In this document: positions 12,530 to 23,223 of the stretch, in pieces
Layout of the letters: every line of letters starts with the position of its first letter
Position numbering within the stretch: position 1 is the stretch's first letter
Origin: Octopus bimaculoides
Lineage: Eukaryota
Assembly: GCF_001194135.2 (NCBI RefSeq)
Contig: NC_068989.1
Coordinates: 74,891,839 to 74,940,646, forward strand
Length of the DNA: 48,808 nucleotides
Direction: 5' to 3'
Translations under genes and position numbers: made by a program
The notes under the pieces: generated by a model
What the model saw: the letters and a program-made list of their open reading frames with translations, nothing else
What the model was told of the DNA's origin: nothing
Databases searched by the model: none

Positions 12530-14506
12530 TCATGTGTTATGAGTGGGATTAACATCAACAGATTCTTTTGTGGATATATCTCTAATTTTTTGCAGATTCT
12601 GAAAAATACTGCGTCGAACAATATTTGTTGATAGAAACGATAAACATATAAGTAATCCAACGAATGAGTTTAAAATACAAAATAATAGAGAAAATTCTTC
12701 AATTCTTGTAAACGTATACAGAAATGCGAATGTCCATGTTAGTCCCATCACAAAGAATAGTTTTACGCAAATGATAAACTCCAATTTATTATGTTTTGAT
12801 AGATATTTCGAAGAAAGTTTACGTGCCAAATACAGCCCCCTTGCGCTGAGGGCAAATGCTATGATATTAAGACATAAAATTATCATTACAGGGATTAAAA
12901 AAAAACATAGCAGACTTTTTCCATTTTTAATCCAGCAAATACCATTTCCATAGTCTGGGGAAAATCCATGATTTCCAGGAATATACTCAAATATCAGTGA
13001 TACTGTTACTATTACAAGTGGACAGGTCCAAGCATATAAAGAATACAATACAAATCTCTTGGTATGTTTTCCTTTACTTTGAACTTGTGTAAGTCCTGAA
13101 AAAGTGTTCCAGGTAACAAATGACATGACATTCATCCAGAAGAAAGTTGCTAGAAACGAATAATGCAACACCACAGCTAAAGATGTACATAGCACTGTAA
13201 ATTTAGTGACTTGTGATGAGATAAGAAAGAGAAGCTCAGCTACAAACAGTGCTGACAAAAGATTAATGAGTAATTTGCCTGGTAAGGTACGGAGATCAGG
13301 TATACAGAGATAGACTATGATGGTGATTGCTAGAGCTGGAATAGAGATTACGAGTCCCACTAATGTGATATAGCTCTCAGCTACGGAATATTTTGATATA
13401 CCATTGATATTTGATATATTATTCGTACCATTGTTTACACAGATACTTATTACACCTTGAGAATCACGAGTGAATTCTGATTGGTTCAGCAAACGTTGGG
13501 TATTATTTAAGTAGAGACGACCATCATTAGTGATGTAATACTCAGATTCATTTAATCTTGTTGATGTACAGTTTAGTGGAGGATGGTAGATAACTTGTCG
13601 ACATTGATTGGTATTTATATCGTAGACAACATGATTTGGACAGGAGGTCCTCAGTACACCGGTACGATTTGTTCTGGTCTGTGTATATGTTGCCATAAAG
13701 GAATTCGTGTTGGAATAGAATAGGATTGTCAGTGGAGGAGAAATTTCTGCGTACGCGAAAGTAATATAAAATTCAAAACACGGAGCAAAAACCCCGTTAC
13801 ATATGGCACAGGCATTATTTTTGTAAAACTCTTCAAACGAATATATTATCGCCATTGGCTCAGACTCACATGCCACCGTTTGTTCTTTATTACTATCTTC
13901 AGGACAACTCGAAATAAATGGAATACAAGAATACAAATATTTCTTCAAATCTTCTGGAGGTTTCACACCTGGCCAACAATCTCCTTCCTTGAGATAATTT
14001 GTTATATTTTCAAAGCTTACCTTAGGGATTGAGTAGCATCCATATAAAAGATTCCAAAGAATGAATTCTTCTCCATGGCACAGAGCACAATACAGGTTTC
14101 TATAGAGTATTTTACTTGTTTTACCAAAAGCGGGTGTGTTTAGTAGTTGATCATTTGAGTCAGGATTTTCGCAGTTGTTCACATACTCCATAACACCATG
14201 ATTAGGTGGACAACGGTCAAACTGATAATAATAAGTGTCATAATCATAAGGGTCGCCGATTGATCTACAACTGTAATATATTGATGGATAGGATTGTTTC
14301 TGATTAGAAGTGCTCTTATTAACCATGTCAGAACAACATGCCTTGTAGAGGTAGCAGTCCGGACGACACGAACAACGTTCTGGTACGTCATGGGAAGGAG
14401 GATCAGAGCACAAACCTGGGCTACAGTTGTTGAAGTATTCTGCATGTGTTACAATATTTGAGAACAATAAAAGGCAAACAACAGTAAATGCAAAAACTGT
14501 TTCCAT
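12530..14506 (-). CDS. Class-B/Methuselah-like 7TM receptor with SMB-like Cys-rich ectodomain, paralog 1 (658 aa, single exon)
   Basis: The track ORF begins at a GTG. The first ATG (14506) gives signal peptide METVFAFTVVCLLLFSNIVTHA. SMB-like CSCRPDCYLYKACCSD follows. The seven hydrophobic helices carry class-B motifs: LRTLPGK, LHYSFLATFFWMN, YAWTCP, CWI, KLFFVMGLTW, LNSFVG. No GPS (C..HL|T) motif precedes TM1. Confidence 0.93.
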   Translation of the reverse strand: METVFAFTVVCLLLFSNIVTHAEYFNNCSPGLCSDPPSHDVPERCSCRPDCYLYKACCSDMVNKSTSNQKQSYPSIYYSCRSIGDPYDYDTYYYQFDRCPPNHGVMEYVNNCENPDSNDQLLNTPAFGKTSKILYRNLYCALCHGEEFILWNLLYGCYSIPKVSFENITNYLKEGDCWPGVKPPEDLKKYLYSCIPFISSCPEDSNKEQTVACESEPMAIIYSFEEFYKNNACAICNGVFAPCFEFYITFAYAEISPPLTILFYSNTNSFMATYTQTRTNRTGVLRTSCPNHVVYDINTNQCRQVIYHPPLNCTSTRLNESEYYITNDGRLYLNNTQRLLNQSEFTRDSQGVISICVNNGTNNISNINGISKYSVAESYITLVGLVISIPALAITIIVYLCIPDLRTLPGKLLINLLSALFVAELLFLISSQVTKFTVLCTSLAVVLHYSFLATFFWMNVMSFVTWNTFSGLTQVQSKGKHTKRFVLYSLYAWTCPLVIVTVSLIFEYIPGNHGFSPDYGNGICWIKNGKSLLCFFLIPVMIILCLNIIAFALSARGLYLARKLSSKYLSKHNKLEFIICVKLFFVMGLTWTFAFLYTFTRIEEFSLLFCILNSFVGLLICLSFLSTNIVRRSIFQNLQKIRDISTKESVDVNPTHNT

Positions 14507-14759
14507 ATTAAAAGATGTAATTAATAATGCATGAATTGACCTTCCAAGCCCCGGTGATACTTTGAAACTTTGCTTCACTGCCGTAAATTTAAAGGTCTTA
14601 CCATGTACTTTCGAAATTAAGCAATGTCTCCAAGAGATACAATGATTATTACCTTCACAATATTTTCATTCCGAAACGGAGCAGTGAGATTTGTTTCGGT
14701 AGCTTTAGATTCTTGGATTTTATTGGTATTAAATGTTGAATGTTCGCGACTCGGCTACT

Positions 14760-14767
14760 TGACGTCA
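14760..14767. promoter_or_regulatory. Palindromic CRE (TGACGTCA) ~255 bp upstream of the paralog 1 ATG
   Basis: Exact TGACGTCA. The aligned site upstream of paralog 2 is TGGCGTCA (33571-33578). Function untested. Confidence 0.3.
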
Positions 14768-15807
14768 CATATATGCACGTATGAAAATATATGGATGCGA
14801 AGATAGTTGAGGCATCTACAAAAGAACAAATACTTCATTACACATATTATTATTGTAAACATTGATACACATACACGCACACACAAGTACACGCAAAAGC
14901 ACACACGCACATACACACATAAACACACGCATGTAATATATATATATATATATATATATAGTTTTAGGGAAAATAACCAATTTTCAAGAACTCATCGATG
15001 AAAATCCACTATCACATATAGAAAAATTAATAATTAAAAGCACAATAAATGAGTATAATATAAAGTAAAGTAAATATCATAAGATAAATATAATAAAAAG
15101 ATTACACGCGTTTCATAACCAATTTTCAAATAGAAAAGAAATTTAAATCGATTAAAATCAATTNNNNNNNNNNNNNNNNNNNNNNNNNNNNNNNNNNNNN
15201 NNNNNNNNNNNNNNNNNNNNNNNNNNNNNNNNNNNNNNNNNNNNNNNNNNNNNNNNNNNNNNNNNNNNNNNNNNNNNNNNNNNNNNNNNNNNNNNNNNNN
15301 NNNNNNNNNNNNNNNNNNNNNNNNNNNNNNNNNNNNNNNNNNNNNNNNNNNNNNNNNNNNNNNNNNNNNNNNNNNNNNNNNNNNNNNNNNNNNNNNNNNN
15401 NNNNNNNNNNNNNNNNNNNNNNNNNNNNNNNNNNNNNNNNNNNNNNNNNNNNNNNNNNNNNNNNNNNNNNNNNNNNNNNNNNNNNNNNNNNNNNNNNNNN
15501 NNNNNNNNNNNNNNNNNNNNNNNNNNNNNNNNNNNNNNNNNNNNNNNNNNNNNNNNNNNNNNNNNNNNNNNNNNNNNNNNNNNNNNNNNNNNNNNNNNNN
15601 NNNNNNNNNNNNNNNNNNNNNNNNNNNNNNNNNNNNNNNNNNNNNNNNNNNNNNNNNNNNNNNNNNNNNNNNNNNNNNNNNNNNNNNNNNNNNNNNNNNN
15701 NNNNNNNNNNNNNNNNNNNNNNNNNNNNNNNNNNNNNNNNNNNNNNNNNNNNNNNNNNNNNNNNNNNNNNNNNNNNNNNNNNNNNNNNNNNNNNNNNNNN
15801 NNNNNNN

Positions 15808-15846
<39 letters not shown>

Positions 15847-15934
15847 AAATTCTCTTCTTAGTAGTGCCGTGTACTAATTGAGTTTGCCTTGCTGCAAAAG
15901 TAAAATACCTCCAATTTTCAGTGTTTAGCTTCAA

Positions 15935-16150
15935 ATTGATTTCAAATTCTGGTACAAGGCCAGCAAGTCTGGGGGTAGAGGACTAGTCGATTCCATTGAC
16001 CCCAGTGCTCAACTTGTAACTATTTTATCGACCCCCAAAAGGACGGAAGGCAAAGACAACCTCGGTGGAATTTGAACTCAGAACGTAAAGACGGATAAAA
16101 TGCTGCGAAGCATTTGCCCGGTCTACTAACGATTCTGCCAGCTCGTCGCC
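15935..16150 (-). mobile_element. SINE (833-type family) upstream of paralog 1
   Basis: Reverse complement of the SINE head and core. Same position and flanks as the copy at 33835-34073. Confidence 0.8.
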
Positions 16151-19100
16151 ATTCAATGTTTAGTTTCATATTACATATTACAATATAATCGACATTTAAT
16201 TGGAAATATGTTTTATATTATCGTGTTAAGTAATCTAAAACGGTTACTCTTTATACGGTAGGTACGTTTAACTTAGACCTACAGGCTGAACAGACAACAT
16301 AAATTCGCTATCGTATATTTTTCCTTTCTCTTGTAATTAATCATTTTTCATTTTTGTCCATGAAAGGTATCAGCTGAAAGGTTAGATTTAGAGTGAATAA
16401 AGTATTGCACAGCACCGAACCCACTTTTCAGCTATAAAACCTGCGATACAACAAAGGTTGTGACAACCGGAAACCAACTACACTTTGGGATTTTCTATAT
16501 GAATTTACTTCTAGGGAGTTGTAATGAGAAGTGGGTGTCCTTCAATTTCAGTTGTTCATGCGCTAATTAAGCCATATCTGAGACCATAACACGTACTATT
16601 ACTCTGGACAAGCGAAGATCCATGAGAATTAATACTAGAATCGGATACAGATTAAAATCATACCCAGGGCATACTGTGGGAAGGTAGACTTTAGTAAAAC
16701 TACTACACCATTTACTGATCACTGTTTCTGAACTGGTTGGCAACCATTGTATATTGGACTATTACTAGATAGATAGAAGTGCAATCTAGTCACCGTCCTC
16801 CATCGCTGGATGAGCTCATATTTCTGATTATCTAGACATCAGCTCAGCTCTATTTGGTAAAACATATAGGAGCGCTTCAACTCTCTATCGTCCACCATAT
16901 ATTTTATAGGGAATCAATAGTGGAAGTTCTAGATAGAATTTTATTTATAGATTGGGTAACAATCTAAAGAGCTGATACACTTTTTACACTTTTTTTCTGA
17001 AAAATAGGGTAATCTTATCCTGTTCAGGCTATATTATTGGTATTATCCTGCGTTTGAGAATTTAAAATCACTTCTTTAACTTTCTAAGACATCTCAACGC
17101 TTCTAAAAGCAAACTTCGTTTGTTTGTTTACGTTCATCATAATTCAACAAAAAAAACATTTTTTTTTATTTCACTACCAACTTCTACAGCAATGTTTTTG
17201 GGTGTCAATTCTTTCTGTACTTTTCCGGTTTCGTTTACTTAAGGATATTATTATTTCTGCTTCCCATATTCTTCTTGCTACTCCACTCGTTTTACAGACA
17301 ACGTTTTTTACACTAGAAAAACGTAATTCGTTATTACGGTAAAACTCAAAAATAAAAATAATTTTATGATTTTTGAAGAAGTTTAAAATATAGCAATAAG
17401 TGAATTTCATTAAACAATACGATAAGAACGAGAAAATTGCCGATAAAGCAATAACAAATGAATTAAATGACACCAGTCAGAAAGCAGTGGCGCAAATATA
17501 GGTTAACGCGTTTATGCTAAAAGATAAGAGCGAGTTATGTTCACATTCACAAGAAAGACTTTGTGTACACCACATGTCTCCTGATCGCTATGGTGGTGTA
17601 CAATAAGTTTTACAGGTTCCAAATGATTTTAATGTATATGTTTGTCTTTTTAAACATGATGATTTATCCGCCTCCTTTGAATCCAAACTGCACATCGAGC
17701 GAGCCCTTTCAGCCTAATGAGAATTGCTGGTATAATGTATCATGGATGTGAAGACTAATATTTGAAGACTAAGAAACTAAGTAAGCAAGTGGCAGGGAAG
17801 ATTTTTAGTCAGGAATAAAAACCAATTGCAAATGTATAAAAAAAAACTATGAAAATGAATCTGTTTTATAAAATAATGAATGTTTGATTTTACAAATTCA
17901 CATTAAATTACTGTTTTGGGCCGAAGACTGTTTATTACAGATGATTTAAAATATGTCTTCGTGTTGGCTCTTAGAGATTATTTGAAATATATAAATTTTT
18001 TTCTAACACATTAATTCGGCTGACACAGAAAGAGAAACAAAAGGCAGAATGCAGTAACATTATTACTAAGAGAGAGATCACACGGAAGATAAATATAATG
18101 CTGAGTAGGTATTTCGGAATACAACGATATCCTAACGGAGGATACATTGGTTAACTGGCATGGAAGTTCATGTTCCTGTTCCTGATATCCAGGGTTCTCA
18201 TAAGAATTTAAATTCTGGAAGGATTTTCCGTTGCAGCTGTAGCTAGATTTCCAGTGAAACTAGGATGGGGAGAATGTCATTAAAGGAGAGAGGGCAAGAC
18301 GGACCTATCACCAAGAGAGTGTTAACGAAGGAGAGGTGCGGAGATTGCTAATATGTCGCAGATGTGTTAAGTGCTAAACAAAGAACAATAATACGGCAAT
18401 AAGAGGAGAGAAAAAGGAAGAGAAAGCAGTGTAATCCTTTTAGAGGATACATTTGTTAATTTTCATGCTGTCACCAATAGACAAATAATGATTGAGAATT
18501 GTGAAGTAGCAACAATTTCCACCTACGACAGAAGCTATAATTCTACTTACACCAGAATGGGCCGAATAATATTAAGAAGGAGCAGGGAAGAGAGGAAGAT
18601 AAATGACAGAGACATCACCAACAGTATAGCAACGAAAGAGAAGAACGAAGATGGTCAGTATGTGGCAGCAGTGTTGAGTAAGAAAATAAAGAACAATGAT
18701 AAAAAAGAAACAAAAGGGGAGAATGCAGTAACATTACCACTAGAGGAGGGAATGCGTGAACGACAGAGTTATTACCAATAGAGGAGCAACTTCTATAGGG
18801 ATGATAGGGATGAAAGCTGCGTTGAGGAAAAAGAGACAGAGACAGACAGAGAAAGAAAGGAGAGGAAACAGTAACATTATCAGTGAGACAGGGGTCACGA
18901 GGAAGAAGTTAACAATATATTGAAAACCGTTCTGAAAAACAGTGACATCCTTACGGAAAAGGCAATGGTTGATTTGAATGGAAAACGATATTGCGGTTAC
19001 TGCTAGATTTTAAGTTAAAACAGGACAGAATTTGATTAGAGCAGAAAGAGAAAGAGACAGAAAGAGAAAGAGACAGAAAGAGAAAGAGACAGAAAGAGAA

Positions 19101-22100
19101 AGAGACAGAAAGAGAAAGAGACAGAAAGACACAGAGTGGGAGTGACAATAACAGAAATATCACCAAGAGAGGGCCAACGAATAAGAGGGTTGAATGTCGT
19201 CAGAATGTTTCGCCTGTGTTGAGGAAGAGAACAGAGAACAATAATACTACTGAGACAAGAAAAGAACAAAAAGAAAAGGGCAAAAACAGTAGCATTATCG
19301 CTGAGAGGTGGAAGAAGTTTGAAAAAATAGAAATCGTATAGATAAACAGTTATATCCTTACGGAGAATATATTTGTTAATTAGCATGGAAGTCAAAATTT
19401 GAATGGAAAACAATATTGCTGTTTTTACTAGATTTTAAGTTAAAACAGGACAGAATTTCATTAAGACAAAGAGAGAAAGAGACAGAGAGACAGAGAGGGG
19501 AAGTGACAATGGCAAAGATATCACCAAGAGAGGGCCAACGAGTGAGAAGTTTGAAAGTCGTCAGAAGAATAGATTTGTCAATTAAGTTGGAAGTCAATAT
19601 TGCTGTTACTGCTATCCCAGAATCGGCACACAAATTTAAATGTTACAAGAACTTCCGCCTACAGTTTCAGCTAAATTTATAGTGAAATCAGGAAAAGCAG
19701 AAGATGAATATGAAGAGAGAAGAAAAAAAAGAGTGAGAGCAGAAAAGAGAGAGTGAGAGAAGGACAAAGATATCAAAGAGAAAGGCAACAAAGGTTAGTA
19801 TGTTTTAGATGAGTTAAGGTAGGAAACAAAGAAGTACGACTGAGAGAAAAATAAAAGGAGAAAGGAGCAACGAAGGAGGGGAATGGATTTTGCCAGTATG
19901 TTATCGCTGTGTTGAGGAAAACAGTGATATTATTACAAAGAATACATTGCTTAATTTGCATTGTAAAGAATATTGCTCTTACCAATACCCAAAATCGTCC
20001 TCGGTGTTCAGACGTCGCAAGAACAATCGCCGTCACCTCCTATAGTTAGATGTGAAGTTAAAGCAAGATGAGCGGAATGTCATTGAAAGAGAGGAGGAGA
20101 GAGAGGGAGACAGGGAGAGTCAATGAAAACGACAGAGATAATGACAAGATAGTGGAAACGAATGACAAGTGGCAAAAGGGTCAGTATCACGCAGCCTTTT
20201 TTCCGGAAAAAAAAAACAGAGAATAATAGTACTGCTGAGACAGAGACAGAGAAGAAGAAAAAGGGAGAATACTGCAACATTATCATTAAGAGCGAGGTCA
20301 CAAGGAAGATATATACAATATATAGTAACTATTTCGAAATACAATGATATCCTTATGAGGAATACATTTATTACCTGGCATAGAAGCTAATGCTGCTTTT
20401 CCTAATATCCAGAGTTGGCATAAGAATTTAGGTTCTGGAAGGATTTCCACCTGCAGCTGTAGCTAGATTTTTAGTGAAACCAGGATGTGTACAATGTCAT
20501 TAAGAGAAAGAAGGCTAAATATATTACCGATAGAAAGTAATACAGATTTTCAGTGCAAATAGGACGGGGAAAATGTCATCAAGAGAGAGAGAGCTACATG
20601 GACATATCACCAAGAGAGTGTCAACGAAGATTGCTAGCACGTCGCGAGTGAGTTCACGAGTAAACAAAGAGCAATAATATGGTAGTGAGAGAAGGTGCAA
20701 AAAGAAAGAGAAAACAGTATGATCCTTATCGAGTATACATATGTTAATTTGCATGCAATCGCCGACAGACAAAGGATGATTGAGAATTGCAGAAGCTATA
20801 GTTCTACTTACACCAGGATGGACCGAATAACATTAAGAATAGGGGAGAAAAACCGGAAGAGAAAATGACAGAGATATCACCCACAGTGTGGCAACGAAAC
20901 AGAGGAACGATGTTTGTCAGTATGTGTCAGCAGTGTTGGGGAAGAAAATAAAGAACAAAAATATAAAAAAATGAAAAGGAGAGTAAATCGTAACATTACC
21001 ATTAAGGTATTTGTGACAGGGGACAGATTTACAATACCTAGAAAATATTTTAAGAAACTTAGCTATTTTTACAGAGAACATATGTATTAATTTGTATGCA
21101 AGGCAATATTTTTGTTACCGATGCCCAAAGTCGGTATGAGAATTCAGAAGTCGGAAGGATGTCTGGCAACAGCTGTAGTTAGATTATTAACGAAATTAGG
21201 AGGGCCAGAATGTTATTCAGAGAGAAAGGGAAAGAGACAAAGAGAGAATGTGTGAACGACAGAGATATTACCAATAGAGGAGCAAAATTCTAGTGGGGTG
21301 AATGTGGTCAGTGTGTCGCAGCTTGGTTGAGGGGAAAAAAAGACAGAAATAGACAGAGAAAGAAAAGGAGAGGAAACAGTAGGATTCTCAGAGAGACATG
21401 GGTCACGAGGAAGAAGTTAACAATATATAAAAAAACGTTTCCAAAGACAGTGACATCCTTACTGAAAATACAATGATTGATTTTAATTGAAATCTATACT
21501 ACTGTTATTGCTAGATTTTAAGCTAAAACAAGAGAACAGAATTTGATAAAAACAGAGAGAGAGATAGAAAGACGTTGATCTAGCAAGCGGGGCCTCATAT
21601 CAGTGAGGGGGGCCGGTGCGCATTGATACCTTCGACAGGTAGGCCTCGAAGCAGCGCACATTCTCTCCTGATGACCCCATACACTTGCTGGCTTTCGGTG
21701 GCACTCACCAAGCGAGTGCCACCGAATGGGAGGGTTGAAAGTCGTCAGAATGTCTCACCTGTGTTGAGGAAGAGAACAGAGAACGATAATACGAATGAGT
21801 AAGATACAGAAAAAGAAAAGGAGAAAAATAGGAGCATTATCATTGAGAGGGGTTTCACGTGGAAGAAGTTGGCAAAATATAGAAAAACAGTGATATGCAT
21901 ACGAAGAATACGTTTGTTAATTGGCATGGAAGTCAATATTACCGTTACTGATATTGCTGAGTCGCTTTAGGAATTAAGATGTAACAAGGACTTAGCTAGA
22001 TTTTTAGTGAAAACATGATGGGGACTATGTTATTGAGAAAGAGAGGAAAAAAGAGAGAGAGAAGGACAAAGACATCAAAGAGGGAGACAACGAATGTTAG

Positions 22101-22110
22101 TATGTTTTAG

Positions 22111-23223
22111 GGATCTAGTTGGTTTGGCTGCCAGCATTTCAAACATTAAAGTTTATCGAAAATTGTAAAATTTGACGCAGTAGTATACTTTTCCAAGCTG
22201 AATTGCTGGAGTTATTTCTTTTTTCTCAAGAAAAATGTTGTTTTTAAAAAGCTATAGGAGTTTGAAGTTTGATCATTTGGAAGAATTAGATGAAAGTTCT
22301 CCGGTAATTGTCTTTCATGCAAATAAATGTTTGTTAATTTTAAAAAACTGCCATCAAAATCTTATGAAATGACAATGTTCTAAAAAGATGTACATGTTTA
22401 TATGTTACGTATATGAAATAAAAATGTGAACAAAATATGCTTAAAAAACAATCATTTAATCATCCAATAAGCAACACATTACAAAATATTTTTAAAATTA
22501 AAGCGAAAGTTAGAAATACATTCAATCAATTTCTCAAACAAATCAGGTTTGGTATCTCCTGCGCCACATAAATTCACAGATATATGAATCTACAATGGAA
22601 CGGTGAGTGCCACAGTATCGTTTATTACCTCACTTCACAGAGGCCCACGTACTCTCCACTTGTTGAGTGTGAGTACCATCTTTTTGGTTAACAGAAAAAA
22701 GAAAGGGTAAACAACACGTCTTTTGTAGTTTAAAGCATCCATTATGCATTTAATGCTATAGCACGAACTTAAAGATTTATCTAAAAACAAGATAGCACAT
22801 TACAAGTGAAATATTTTTTAAAAAACAAACATTTTGTTGACCAGTTCATTAATAACGAAAGTTTGCAATGCATTCAATCAATTTCTCGAACAAATCACAA
22901 TTTTCATATCTCCTGCGTTACAAATGCTTAATTGGCAACAGATAGGTAAAACAAGTGGTTTCAGTATATTTGTCAGCACGTTCTTTCTCGTAGACAAAAG
23001 AGCTCTGCTTGTTACTATGGAAACATGCATGAATGTGTCTGCGGTTTACGATTGGGTAAAATTACCAAAATTTTCATACTTTAATCCCTAACAACTCTTT
23101 ATTTATTGATTTATAACGAAAATGATTTTCACGTCATTCATTGGCTAATAAAAGTGTTTCATTACACTGAATATGAAATCAATTCGAACAAAATTGATGC
23201 TGGCAGATAAACCGAATAGATCC
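22111..23223. mobile_element. Non-autonomous TIR element A (GGATCT termini, Merlin-like?)
   Basis: TIRs GGATCTAGTTGGTTTGGCTGCCAGCAT / GGATCTATTCGGTTTATCTGCCAGCAT. Flanks TGTTTTAG / TGTTTTAT (7/8, TSD-like). No ORF. The superfamily call rests only on GG ends plus an 8-bp TSD. Confidence 0.75.

Noticed and set aside
14507-14605. N-terminal extensions in the ORF track and an ATG|GTAAGA splice donor at 14601
   Set aside because: The extensions start at non-ATG codons and precede a clear signal peptide. The donor is not conserved in paralog 2 and would define a ~24-nt intron.
21668-21750. Hammerhead from CTGATGA (21668) to GAAA (21735)
   Set aside because: Helix I and helix III do not pair in the required register, and the GAAA belongs to the satellite consensus.
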